The notes under the pieces are model-generated. The model did no database searches, had not been told where the DNA came from, and was given only the letters and a program-made list of their open reading frames with translations. The translations under genes were made by a program, and so were the position numbers. From positions 5,084,001-5,148,000 of the forward strand of contig JBITNC010000001.1 in the NCBI GenBank assembly GCA_050084985.1: DNA of 64,000 nucleotides, read 5' to 3'. Of this stretch, positions 24,891 to 38,452 are shown in pieces (within the stretch, counting starts at the first letter, position 1; each line of letters opens with the position of its first letter). The DNA comes from Nageia nagi. Taxonomy: Eukaryota > Plantae > Pinophyta.

Positions 24891-26610
24891 TGACTAAGGT
24901 TTAAATTCTTATCTTCTTTTATCTCTAGTTGGTGTCCTTAAATTAACTTCTATTTTTATATAATAATTTGTACAATATTCTATAGATGCAATATTTTCAT
25001 AATTGTTATAAGAGTATATGACAATATGCAACTCTTGTTTTAGGCATGTAACAGTAGGAGAATCTTGTTTTTAGGGTACCTAAGACGTATTATTATTTTG
25101 ATATATTTTTCCATGAATTCTATGTTGAATGGAAAAAAGAAAAATGAATTTCCAAGTTGTCTTAATATTTTTTGAAGTCCAATTTTGAAAAAAGTATAAA
25201 ATCGCGTACTTTGAGAGGTTGTAACTTTCCATTTTTTAGTTCCAATTTTTTTTTCTTTATACAATTAGAAATTTTTTTCTAATCTCTTTCTAATGGTATA
25301 CTACCTACCTAATTTTGATTAATGGAAGTCATTTTCTTTGCCTTTGTAAAATGTTATGGACAACTACAAGCACCTGATATATTTAAGTTGTTTAAGCTAG
25401 GCTATTGCTTAGTTATGAACTGGCTGCAAGTTGCTACGAGTACATGATAGAACTATTTTTTGAGCTGTAGATAGATGTAATAGGTTTATCGAACTTTAGA
25501 TTTGTCTTTTTAGCTCATTTTTCCATGATGTCACTTGAAACTGTTTAAATGATAACATATAAGATGACCCATTCTGACAAAAGGTATTAATCATGCTTTT
25601 GAACCCAACATCAATGGAGGATTTTCATCAAGAGAAAATTTGACCTTTAAAGACACTCTAAGTTGTTCAATCAATAATGAAGTATTCTATCAAACAAAAT
25701 AAATATAAGTAAACTCCTTGCACTCGATATAGACTTTGACGACAAATCTTAATTAAGGAAGTTCCTATCTATTGAAGATACACCAAGTTGTAAGGAAATT
25801 AATATATATCTTATTTAACTGAAGTGACATATCATAGGCCATTTTTTTGTAGACTCAATTGTAATTTCACTTGATACACATGTGTTAGCCCTCAAAGACT
25901 AGAGGCTAAGTATGAAAATCCCACTTAAGACTTTTCTTCATTAACAAAAAACTATCACCTTAGGTTAGACAACTATATAGCATGTACCCTTTTATAAATT
26001 ATGGTTAAAACTTAAAAGGAAAGTTTCTACTATGAGAAATTAATTGTGCATTGGCCCAATGTCTCCATGGAAACCTCTACATATTGGCAGTTAAGCATTA
26101 AAACTTCTTCTAAGGTTTTCTTGAACTAATAAAAAATCCTTAACATTAGGTTAAAATAATATGGACTATAAAAAGAGTATAGGTTAAAATTATTTTAGCT
26201 TAGATATTTAGTTATAGAATGGAGTATGATTGAAAATAATATAACATATTAAGGTAATATGAAGCAAAATTATAGGATATTGAGGTTATGGTTTAGGCAA
26301 GGAAAAAAGGTAGGTTTAAGGATTAATTCCAACCTTCAAAATACATAATCTACCTAGAAACTACATTTTTTTTTTGTAAGGGTAAATTTATTAAAGGGGA
26401 TTTTTTATACAGGGCTCCTAAAACTTGTCTTTCATTTTTTATTTTCAAAATTTGGACATTTGAAATATATTTCCAACAAGGATCAAACATTATGGTTGTC
26501 ATGCCATGTCAACCATTTGCATCCTTCGTAAGGTTTGCCACTTGTCTATAAAAGCATGCTCCTCTAGGCTCTGATGTTTGAGTACCTTCGAAGCTTGCTT
26601 ATGGACATTG

Positions 26611-27081
26611 TGTGAGAGTTGAACTATTACATAAACAACTCTAAACAACCAAGATCACATGAAAGCTCACAATACACATCTAACAAATTCACAAAGCAAT
26701 CTCACAAAGATAACACAAGATGTAAATGGTTTCTCAGTGGATCTCTCTTCTTATGAAATCTTACAATCGTCCTACTCTTTTCTCCTAAACACTATCCTAT
26801 AGCATAACTTTACTCCACAAATTGGTGTGTAATCACAAAGAGGGAGCCTTCTATTTATAGGCCAAAATTCCTCTTTGGATCACCCTTTTATCCAATGTAC
26901 AAAAGCATAACATGCACATCCTTTTACCCAAGGGGCATGCTCATGACATGGAGTGTAGGACAAGTAACATCATCATATTCACTTAAATACTTAAGGTATC
27001 AAATGATACCCTTAAGTATTAGTGAACTTACATAGAAGATTATTACATAACCTTTACAATAATGCATTATACATTCCAACA
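26611..27081 (-). repeat. 3' LTR of Copia (471 bp)
   Basis: Highly similar to 34128-34618 except for a ~20-bp indel. Confidence 0.95.
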
Positions 27082-30000
27082 CTCCCTTTTAATGCAATAT
27101 TAGGCTAGAGTGAATAAGAGAGAAGAAAGGGAGAAAGTAAGAGAGTTCTCCTCCAAAGAGATACAATGGAAATGAGAAATTTTTACATATTTGTGAAGTA
27201 AGAAAGATCTAGTTTGAGACTCACTACTTGGCCAAATACAATCATTAACCATAACCGGTTTCAAGGTACATGAAGTAGTCATCTAACTAGAAGTCATGAA
27301 GAGTCTTCAAGAGCCTGCATACCTGAGGTAAGTAACCTGCAATCTCAAAGCAACCTACAAGTCATAAGCAGCTCAAATAACAAGATTGATTAGATGCAAT
27401 ATATTCATATCAACAAGGATAGATGAATCACACAAATGCCATCATGAACTAATCAATGGTGCACTATAAGTCATCACAAAAATGCCATGCTAAAAAACTC
27501 AATCACTTATTGTATATAAAACATGTGTTGATTTACAAAAACAAGTATGCACATATGAGTTCTTCACATATGGATAACTAAATAGTGCTAAAAGACACAT
27601 AAGAATTCCTCACACATGATAACTGAATAGTGCTAGATTGGCCAATCTTTTTGCTTTTAAAATTTTGTACAAGTTCCTCACATAGAGCAAATTTACCATG
27701 AAGGTGTACAACAAAATCAACACTATATAGCATAAAATCCTCCTAATGGTGAAGTTATCATCACAAACATGAATTCAACATAAGAATTCAAACTTCACTC
27801 CCCCTTGAGGGTAACTTCACCAACCTAATAGCATCCCTAAGCTTATAGAATTGAGCTTTCGAGAGGGGCTTGGTGAACAAATTAGCAGAGTTCAAAGTGG
27901 ATGGAAAATACTTTGTGTATGATGCCATCAAGAACCTTCTCCTTGATAAAATGGCATGGATTTTCACATGTTTTGTTCTTTGATGAAACATAAAATTCTT
28001 AGCCAAAGAAATAGTCGATTGATTATCGGAAGAAATCAAAGATGAGCCATCTTGCTCATACCTAATTTATTTCAGAAGATGCCTTAGCCAAATGGCTTCC
28101 TGAGCTGTAACAGACGTGGCATGATATTAAGCTTCTATGGTGGAAAGAGAAATAGTAGGTTACTTCTTAAAAGCTCAAGAGATAGCACCTGAACTAATGC
28201 TAAACACATACGTAGAGGTTGATTTCTTATTATCTCTATCTCTCCTATAGTTAAAATCTAAGAATCCAAAGAGAACAAATGAGGGTAACTTAGAATACTT
28301 GAGAGCAAGATCCTTAGTCCCTGCAACATACCTCAAGATTTGCTTAACAGCATTGAGGTGCTCAACATATGATTTTTGCATGAATCATGCCATCAAATTC
28401 ACTACAAAGGCAATATCTGGCCTGGATATAGTCAAATACAAAAGACTACCAATTAATTGCCTGTAAGTTGTAGCATCAACCAACTGAGAGTTAGAGCTTA
28501 AAAAAATAGTGATTATAAGAGAGACTGAGATTACAACATATCTACACTCCATTCCAAACTTCTGTAAGATGTTTGATATATACTTAGATTGACTAAGGTA
28601 CATATAATCTTTGTATTGATACACTTGCATTCCAAGATAGTCATGTAAGAGACTAACATCAATCATTTCAAATGTTGCTTTAAGTTTGGATATGCAATTT
28701 TGAATGATTTCATCATTATTTTTAGTTATCAAAAGATAATCTACATAAAAGAGAATCAAGACAATGTCTTTTCTTTGATTGAGCACATATAGATTAGAGT
28801 TAAAAAAATACTTAAAGAATCCCATGTCTGTAAAGTACCATGAAATCTTTCTATACCAGGCTCGAGGTGCTTGCTTAAGTCCATACAATGACTTCTTTAG
28901 CTTGCACACAATAGACTCTTTGCCTTCCATAATAAACCCTTCTGGTTGATTCATGAAGATTTTCATATCAAAATCACCATTGAGAAATGCATTCTTAACA
29001 TCAAGTTGAAAAACTTTTCATACTTGAGCTGCAGATATAGTAAGGATAATTCTCATAGTAAGCATCTTTACCACGGGAGCAAAGGTTTTCTTATAATCTA
29101 CATCGTATTTTTAAGCAAAACCTTTGGCTACTAACCTTGTCTTATATTTCTCAATATCTCCAACTGAATTGAAATTGACCTTGTAGATCCACTTATAGCT
29201 AATCACATTCTTCTCAATGGGATAAAGAACCAAATCCTAAGTTTTATTTTTCATAAGCATCTCATACTCCACTTTCATGGCTTCCATCCATACTCGTACT
29301 TTGAAGGTTTAGGGATCATGCTTATTGTCAATCTTGGCAAATAAAGATTTGTTCAAGGTTATGCTCCTTGATACCCTTTATGTTGGAGAATTTTGATCCT
29401 AAGGTGATTTATCTACATCAATATCTAACCAACTATGTACAATTGAAGAGTCCTTTGGATCATCAATATCCTCATTACAAGCAAATTCATTAGGAAGTTC
29501 ATTAAACTTTACATCCCTTGAAATAAACATGGCTTTGTAAGATGGAGAGTAGAGCTTGTAGCCTCTATGCTGACTATCATAACCCACAAAGATGCATTTT
29601 TTATCCCTTTTATCTAACTTTTTTCTTTTCTCAAAAATAATGTAAGAGAATGCTTCACAACCAAACACCTTAAGATGAGAAATGTTAGGTTTTCTTTTTG
29701 ACCATGCTTCAAAAGAAGTTTTACCCTAAATGGATTTTATGGAACACCTATTCAATGTGTAAATAGCAATGCTTACAGCTTCACTCCATAAGAAACTAAA
29801 AAGATTACCCAATATGCATCTAGCCATATCCATAATTATTTTATTTTTTCTTTTGACCCATAATTGTTCTATTTTTCCTTTTAACAACATCATTTTGTTG
29901 AGACGTGTAAGGAATTGTAAATCATCTTTTAATTTCATACTTAGTACAATAGTCATTAAACTCATTGTTGTTATATTATCTCCCATTATCTGATCTCAAC

Positions 30001-32609
30001 ATCTTGATTTTAAGGTTAGATTGATTCTCATCAAAGGCCTTAAAAACCTTAAAACTCTCAAAGGTTTGATCCTTATGCTCAGGTAGATACCCAAAGGTCA
30101 TTCTACTAAAGTCATCAATAAAGGTCAAAATATAAAATGCTCCTCTAAGTGACTTAGTCTAAAATGGACCCATCAAATTTGAATGCACAAGATGAAGAGG
30201 TTGAGATGCTCCAGTTACCTTATCTTTTTCAAACTTTTATCTCTGCATCTTACCAAGAATGCACTTCTCGCATAGACCAACTGAAAGAGAAATTAAAGGT
30301 AAACTTTTCACAAGTTCTTGGTCTTTCATGACTTGAATACTCTTATGGTTAAGGTGCTCTAAATGATGGTACCAAAGATTGCATTTAGAACACATAATAG
30401 AAATAAGACACATCTTTGATGGAACATGATCCACAATGTAGAGGTTATCTTTCACAGATACTTTAACCAAAGTGGTAAGTCCTTTCTTAATGCACCAAGA
30501 TTGTGAGTTGAATTTAAAAGAGTACCCTTTCTAGCAACTTGGATTATGGAGAGAAGGTTCATCCTTAACTTAGGAACATAGAGAACATTTTCAAAAACTT
30601 TTTCGTGAATCAACACACTCCTAATTCCTTGGACTTCAAGGGTAGATTTATCACCTATTACAATCGAATCTTTTCTATACTTGTGAAAGTTTTCAAACTT
30701 TTTTTGTTCAAAGCATAGGTGATTAGTGCAACCAGAATCAACAATCTAATCAAATAAAAAATAGTGAGATAAGGAGTAGAGTACTGCAACAAAACCAGCT
30801 TGAATATTCTTCTTTCCTTTGTAGTTCTTTACATTTTCATTACCTTTATTTTTTTCTTTTTATAGTAATCATCTTTTTTGTAATCTTGGATACCACAATA
30901 GTTACAATTACTATCAAAAAAAAATTTAGGATAAAGATTGTTTGCTTTGCTTTTTCCATCTATTTTTTTGAAGTGGTTGTTGTTACCATTATTTCTGTTG
31001 TTATGGTTATTTTTGTTATTCCTGCTGTTGATGTAGCCATTATCTCTTTTCTTAAACCTTTTGGAGGAAGAAGGATAAGATTTTTTTTAATGGTTGAACT
31101 TCTTCTTAAAAAGAGTTTTAGTTGCTCCAAGAGCAACATTATTATCTTTAAGAGAAGAAATCAACACCTTATTGTTAAAGGTTTCCTCATGCTTCAATAG
31201 ATGCTTAGAAAGGTTCTCAAGGGAGAAGGCTTCTTCTTCTTCATCAAGCCTTATTTTCATAACCGTCATAAAGTTTTCAAACTTTGAAAAAAGGCTTTGA
31301 AGAATGATGAAGACCATGAACTCATCATTGATCCAATTGCACCCATAAGCAACAAGTTAGGTCCTTAGGTCAATGATTTTATTCAAGTAGATAGCCACAT
31401 TTTTATCTTCCTCTTAATGAGATTGAAGCAACTTTTGGAGAATGATAAACCTCCTTGAAAAGTTTGAACCAAGGTAGATTTTTTTAAGCTTATCCTATGC
31501 TTTCTTTACCAAGGTTGAAGAGAAAATCATTAAGAGCACATCATTTAAAACTACACAGTAAATCATGGAGGTTGCTAACTCATTCTTTGTGTTGTAAACC
31601 TCTAGTGTCTTCTCATCTACAGGAGGTACAAGGTTCTCATTCACTGTTTATCAAAGCTTCCTTACCTACAACTCAACTTTTATTCGAGATTTCCAAATCT
31701 CAAAGTTGGAATCATCAAGAATGTGCTTGGGTCAAAAGGATTCTCCCATTTGCTACACAAGAATGTGAAAAATAATAATCATGTGGTCAAAAACATTGTA
31801 TGTTAAGTTTTTATCAAGTAAAAAATACATGTTAATTTTAACACAAAAGACATGCATAATTTATTTCACTAGTACAAATGTTTTACAACTCAAATAATAA
31901 TCTATGTACCCAAATACATTTCTCATCTCAAGAATCGTAGATGTAGAGTGACATTGTTGAGGTTTATTTTTTTTATCTAAAATTAGACCTTCACTTGGAT
32001 GCCCACATAAGAGGAGCCCAAGTACTACCAATCTTCAACTAGTTCGCTTTGATCAGTATTATACTTTCTCACAAGGAGAAGTACCTACTATTTTTCAAGG
32101 TTATGACATTTATTAGATCAACCAAATTATTAATCTTGATTAGGTTCTAAGTTGTTCTTTTAAGTTATCAAAATAATCCTTGAATGGATGTCCAGACATG
32201 TGGTATGAGTACACACATGCATATCCACCTATTGGAGTTATGTCCAAACTAAGAGAGGAATTAGGGGTAATTGAGAAGTATAGACTTTTCACTATTTGGA
32301 TCATCGAACTTAAAAGCTTCAATCCACCTGTTCTCACCTCATGGCTCTCCAAATAAGTCATGTTGCAGAATGTACATGAATGTGTTCATTTTAAGGGGTT
32401 TCTTATATCAATATTTATGTTTTGTTTGCATAAGCAAATAAATCAAATACGAAACATGAAGTAAAGAGCATGAAAAAAATATATCATCCATTCAAAATTT
32501 GAAACCTAAGTGTCAAATGGATTTTGTTTACCAACTCCTAAAGAACATCTTTACATCATTCCTAATTTTGCATAAGTCCATTTTGCATAAAGAAGTAAAT
32601 TTCATCATA

Positions 32610-32840
32610 ACTTAAAAAATTAAGTACTAAACATAAGTACTAAGTATGCTTTTATCTTTCAAGTAGTGAGCATTAACTTAAAAAATTTAAATTCTAAGCA
32701 AGTATTATTAACTTAAATATTTAAGTACTAAACATGTATCATTAAATAAGTAGGAAGTATGCATTATTTAACTTGAAAAATAAGTAAGAATCATGCATTA
32801 TTTAGCTCAAAAAAATTTGAAGTACTAAGCATGTATTATT
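32610..32840. repeat. Degenerate ~35-bp tandem repeats in the long Copia 5' leader
   Basis: Recurring AAGTACTAAGCATGTATTATTAACTTAAAAAA-like units. Confidence 0.55.
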
Positions 32841-34127
32841 CCTACATAAGATTTAGAGGCATGCAAATATCTAGATAAAGTAAAAAAAATTATGTAAAAT
32901 CTAAACAAAATTTAAGTAAAAATTTATACAAATTCTCTCCTTTTTACTTAAAGTTTTATCCCTAAAAATAACATATTAATTTAGCAATTTATCCCTAAAA
33001 ATATTTGCATGCTAGAAATTGTTTTTCTAAGTATACATCTTTCTTACAACTTCAAGATAGTTAAAAAATTGCCAAAAATTTAAAGGAGTAAAAAAATTGC
33101 CTTAGTCTTATTTCTCCAATTAAACAAGATAAGAATTAATTAAGCAATCACTTACGACTACTCTTAAGTTAGAATGAAATAAATATGAAGGACAACATGT
33201 AATGGAATAACATAACATATGGACATCCTCCAAAGTTTGCAATAAATGTTACTTGCAAAAGAAGAGAAAAAAATGTATCAAACTAAATGGGATTTGACAG
33301 GAGGATGGCCAGATAGGAAGAAGGAGCAGGCATGCATTGGAAGAGAGACTACATATGGAGTGAAGAGATGCAAGCAGTGGGAGACCTGAAGCCGCTCAAG
33401 GGGTTTGGAGGAGCACATCAAGATAGGTAGAGGCTCACTCTAATGGGAAAAAAAGGGAGGCCACGATGATGCGTAGAGCTAGGATGGAGTCCACGCAACT
33501 TACGACATCCTTCCTGGCCTATTGAGCGTAGGAGGGTTTCAGAAGAAACGAGGCGTAGAGATGAGATCTTGAAAGAGAGGAGACTTAGGAGGCGAGAAGT
33601 TGTGAGGGCCTACAAAATCATGCAAGAGAGGTCATGTGAAATCAAAGACGATGGGGAGATACCAACCATAAACCTTTTTTTTTTCATAAATACATATATT
33701 TCAGAATATATTGTAAACATTTTAGGAGTAAAAAAAGGAACTAAAGTAGTAGTTTAGAAAAGAATACTCTATAATATGTAAAAATATACTATATTTTTTC
33801 TTTTTAATTTCCTAAAGAGAAGAATTTATTTGAAAATAAAGAAATGCAATTTTTTTATACTAACCCCAATTTTTTCATAAAATAGCAATAAGCTAAGCAA
33901 TAAAAAATTGCAACTAAAAAGAAGGTTAGTAAATAATTGCATCATTTTGAGCATAAAATATAAACTAACACATCTTCAAAGAATTTTGTTAGCATCACAA
34001 CAATAAAAAAATTAATCAAAAAGATTTATACCTTCACTTGATTTACCTCAACAATGGAGTGCAGGTTGAGAAATAAAGGCCTTCAAGATGTGGAAGAAGA
34101 GCTTCCACACCAAACTCTAATACCAAA

Positions 34128-34618
34128 TGTGAGAGTTGAACTATTACATAAACAACTCTAAATAATTAAGATCGCATGAAAGTTCACAATACACATCTAA
34201 CAAACTCACAAAGCAATCTCATAAAGATAACACAAGATGTAAGTGATTCCTCCAACTAGGAGTACATCCACTAACTAGATCTCTCTTCTTATGAACTCTT
34301 ACAATCCTCCTACTCTTTTCTCCTAAACACTATCCTATAGCATAACTTCACTCCACAAATTGGTGTGTAATCACAAAGAGGGAGCCTTCTATTATAGGCC
34401 AAAATACCTCTTTGGATCATCCTTTTATCCAATGTACAAAAGTATGACATGCACATCCTTTTACCCAAGAGGCATGCTCATGACATGGAGTGTAGAATAA
34501 GTAACATTATCATATTCACTTAAATACTTAAGGTATCAAATGATACCCTTAAGTATTAATGAACTTACATAGAATATTATTATATAACCTTTACAATAAT
34601 GCATTATACATTCCAACA
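34128..34618 (-). repeat. 5' LTR of Copia (491 bp)
   Basis: Adjacent to PBS (ACTCTAATACCA on +). Confidence 0.95.
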
Positions 34619-34639
34619 CGTTGAAAGCGAACTGAAAGA

Positions 34640-35778
34640 TTGCCAACTTTGTTTGTGTGAAGTCTTCATCTATGTGAATTGGGATTGCTTTTAGGATCTC
34701 ATCACATCACATGGTTATAGAGACCTCAGCTTGCTTCTTTTTTGCTATGAAATCATCATCCTAATGCTTCTGTATTGCAACCCTAAGAGTCCTAATATTG
34801 TTCCATTACTCAGAGTCCCCCTAGTCTGTGATATCAAAGAAGAATTTGAAAGGCTTTTTCTATCCGGAGCAACTTCCTTCTTATTAGGTAGCCTTTGGTT
34901 CCACCTCTACTATTGATGCTAAAATTTCCAATATCAGGGTTTCCTCCACTGTATCTATAGGATCTTTAGTTGGTTCAATGGGCCCAAATTCATTAGATAT
35001 CTTAATTAGTGGAGCTCAGGTTGCCCTTGGTGATTCAACATCTGTCGTTGGTGAGGATGAGCTGTCAAGAGATATATACTCTATTATAAGAGAAGGTGAA
35101 AGGGGATTTGGGTGATGTTGGGCAAAAGAAGAATCCTTTGGTTGTGGCTTTGGAGGAACCATTTGTAGAAGAATAATTCATATCACCCCTCTCCTAGAGT
35201 AATTGATAAGTATTTTTATCAAGCCCTAGTGGAGAGGCATGTGTCCTCTATTCCTACAGATAAAAGATCCCATAGAGTGAAATAGAAGACAAGGCAAGTT
35301 CACTTGTATTTTTCTCGTGATATGAACCAATAGAGGGAAATAGAAATCACTAATCTCTAAGTGCCTCCCTTCCAAGGTGAATAATTTCACCACAAACATG
35401 GTAATTTCATCCCATGGGTATGGGATATTTGCTACCATGTAGGCCAAAACACGTCTCTTGGGTACCAGTTCGCCTAGCTCCATGAAAATTTGGACCTCCT
35501 TTATGGTAGAAAGGATGTCTCTATAGTGTTTCACCCCTATATTTGACATCCCTAGTAGCTTGCATGATAAACTCTATATTGATATGAGATTAATGACCAT
35601 CAACTTTGACCTATCCCTCATCCTAGGAATCTGCAACCTGCCTTGACCACTTCAGATTGTGACCATCTAAGGCCTCTACAAAGCCTCTAATTCCCCCATT
35701 TCATATAATTTCCCAAACTACGAGGTCCTACTTGAATTCTTCTCCATTCTCAAGCTCGATTCTCTTCTACCCAGTCAT
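34640..35778 (-). pseudogene. Extra ORF (ORF3-like) in the LINE 3' region, decayed
   Basis: ATG at 35778, about 100 bp after the ORF2 stop. Includes ORF 35226-35549 (IPYPWDEITMFVVKLFTLEGRH...FYFPLLVH...VNLPCLLFHS) and reads through a stop as LH*GLIKIL. The 3' end is approximate. Confidence 0.55.
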
Positions 35779-35881
35779 GGCTCTCGTTGTTTGAAAAACA
35801 CACATGCACCACCCTAGTTTCTCCGTAGTTTTAACATGAATGAGTACATTACCTTCAATCTCCTTCGTCCATGAATCCCAT

Positions 35882-36363
35882 TTATAAACAGTTCTTGATA
35901 GCCCAATCCGTGGATGTGTTACGATGTTGTTTGGGGAAGTGACTTCCCACACGGTTGCCACCTTGCTTGGCATGTTTGGATTTATCATGATGTGGTTCGT
36001 CTGTTGACCCGTCCTCCCTACCATGACTAGTGTCTTCCTTTTGGATGAGTTTACAATTTTCATCCACCATGCTTATTATCTTTCGAGTTAGCCTTTGGGG
36101 ATTCATGCTTTTGTTTTGAAATATCCTTCTATTCATTTCCTTCCATAGTTCCCACAACAAAAGGGGGAGAGCTATGGTCCTCCACTATTTGTTAGCCTGT
36201 TTACCAGCTACATCTGAAGGTTGGGGTGGCCATTTCATAATAACTTTAGAGATTGATATCTCAGGTCTCCCAATAGACCAACCCATACTTCCTTAGAGAA
36301 GGAGCAGTGTAGGGAAAGATGATCCATAGATTCTTCTTCTTTGGCACAGAGTGGGCATCTGTT
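35882..36363 (-). pseudogene. L1 ORF2 C-terminus (zf-RVT region)
   Basis: CxxC...E...HL..HC zinc finger and W.LWKERN.RIF-like motif; stop at 35882. Confidence 0.85.
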
Positions 36364-37492
36364 ATCTACCTAAAAACTGCATTACTTCCAATGGAATAAT
36401 TCCTTTTATTTATGGCAAAATGGAACTTCAAGATACAAACACTAATGAAGTATCAAATGATAGGAAAAATTCATATTATAACTCTTAAAAAGAATAAAAC
36501 AAGTTCAATTAATATACAATTCAAACTATATTGAATAAAAGATTTGATCAAGGAGATATTAATATTGAAATTTTTAAAATAGGGGTGTTTCATCTTTAAG
36601 GAAATTTTGAAATCCAACATTGGCTCTATGGGATAGATGTTGAACTATCAAGAGAAAAATCTAAAAATACCATAATCTCCATTAATAATTTATTTCTAAT
36701 GACTAATCTATCCTTCTAAAGTACTTATAATAACATACCTCGAATCACATTAAAATCTTAGACTATAAAACACTAACATAAATCTTAATTCACTTCAAAA
36801 TTGAAATTAGGATACAAAATTATTATGCTAAGATTGTGATAAGATCTTTCATTCTTTTCATTTAACCTTTACCATTTTGCTAATATAAAAAAGATTTTTC
36901 TTTATTTTTTTACTTTTCAAAATATTAATGTGTGCTTGTTGGAATTTACTCTCTTGATTTAATATTTTATTGTATGATTGTTTATCCTTCACACAAATTC
37001 TAGAATTAATATGATCTGAACTCTTTTATTTTTAATACTATAAAATTCTAACATAATATTAAAACAATCACTAATAATCTTATCAACTATTATGGAAGAT
37101 TTCTTTCCAAAAATTCATGTACTTTTTTTTGTAAACATTGCAATTTCTTCTTTGAAGTTCGGATTTTGTTAAAAGTATTTATTTAATTTAAATTTCTGAT
37201 TGCTTTTATAACTTTTGTTAAAGGAATAAAAAATTTGTGTTTCCGGTTTCAAATCCCTAAGGTTCTATTGCAAGACTTCTGATGGTGCTCTCTGCATTTT
37301 TTTTCCCCTTAACCAACCTTTATTGCTCTTTGCATTCTCTAGAGTGCTTCGCTGTTCATCGCCTCTTGTCAATTGTTCCATTTTTTTTTGCACAGCCTCA
37401 ACTGCTTTCGCCGTTTCCTCTCACGCTGCCAAGTCTCAGTTGCTCAACTGTACATCGCCCTCATCCTCAAATAAACTCTACAACTCAGCATT

Positions 37493-37964
37493 AAAATACC
37501 CTTACAAGTTCATGAAATTAGGAAAACACTTTTCAATATTTCAAAATTATAAAAATATTTTTCAATCTTTAGAAATTATGAAAGTACTCTTTTTAAGTTC
37601 ATAAAATTATAAAAATATTTTTCAATCTTTAAAAATTACATAAATACTTCTAAAAGTTTTTAAAATTACAAAAATACTTATAAAAAATTTTAAAATTACA
37701 AAAATACTCTTGAAAGTTTTCATACAAAAATACTTTACTTTTTTTCTTTTCTTATGAAACATTATAAAATTTTAAATTGTTACGATTTATAAATTTTAAG
37801 TTATTATAAAATTTTAAATTATTTTAAAATCAAAGTAAGATATTTTTGTAATTTTGAAAACTTTAGAAAGTATTTTTCTAATTTTCAAAGATTGAAAGTT
37901 ATTTTCATAATGTCCAAAAGATTGAGGGTATTTTCATAATTTCATGAACTGATAGGGGTATTTT
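37493..37964. mobile_element. Foldback/MITE-like element: long inverted arms built from ~29-bp tandem subunits
   Basis: Left end AAAATACCCTTACAAGTTCATGAAATTA nearly matches the reverse complement of the right end TAATTTCATGAACTGATAGGGGTATTTT. Repeated AAAATTACAAAAATAC units on the left are mirrored on the right. Confidence 0.7.
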
Positions 37965-38261
37965 GGTAAGTTCTCTTAAATAATTTTCCCTTCTCTCAAT
38001 GTCTTGTGCAACCAAATCCTCCCCAACGCAATTTTTAGCACCCCTCGTTTTGTAGTCACATGTTGTTTCCTTGATGGAAAACATTTAACTTTTTTTTTTT
38101 GTGCAGGCCCAATAGGAATCAAATTTGAATGGTTGCTTCAATTTTTTTCAGGGTCAATTTTTATGATGTCCTTCTTTAATAAAGGTTTAAAAAATATGTT
38201 GTCCTTTATTTGAAGTGTTTATAAAATATTGCTTTTCATAAAATCATGCAAGAACTTGTTG

Positions 38262-38452
38262 TGTGTATACATAGATGTAAGGTTTTCTTTGATGGTGGCT
38301 ATTCACTCTACCAGTGATGCCATGTAGTTGTATCATATTTAGTTGCAACTAAAGCTTGCTTATGTATCCAAGGAATCTCTTGTTGTTGAAAGTGGGAAAT
38401 TAGTCTAGGATGTCAAACTCATCGCCCTCCATTATTTAGATCCCTTAATGGC
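38262..38452 (+). pseudogene. Fragment of a cyclic nucleotide-gated channel gene (CNGC2/DND1-like, group IV-B)
   Basis: One frame reads CVYIDVRFSLMVAIHSTSDAM*LYHI*LQLKLAYVSKESLVVESGKLV*DVKLIALHYL, matching recalled CNGC2 sequence (HLWHVWLQFRLAYVSRESLVVGCGKLVWD.RAIASHY). It has three in-frame stops. Confidence 0.8.

Larger units (their letters stand above)
26611..34618 (-). mobile_element. Full-length decayed Ty1/Copia LTR retrotransposon (8.0 kb)
   Basis: LTRs 26611-27081 and 34128-34618 (TG...CA). TSD CATTG/CGTTG. tRNA-Met PBS variant at 34114-34125 and PPT at 27082-27090. gag, protease (DSGCTNHL), GAG-pre-integrase, integrase, RT (LKKSLYGLKQAPRAWY) and RNaseH remnants lie at 27788-31750 in Copia order. 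Confidence 0.95.
26366..36363 (-). mobile_element. 5'-truncated L1-clade LINE (~2 kb of its own sequence) interrupted by a Copia
   Basis: Poly(A) (T10 at 26366-26375) with a nearby AATAAA on the minus strand. 18-bp TSD ATCTACCTAGAAACTACA (26348-26365) / ATCTACCTAAAAACTGCA (36364-36381). ORF2 end has a zf-RVT (CPLCAKEEESMDHLSLHCSFSKEVW) and LWELWKEMNRRIF. Confidence 0.85.
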
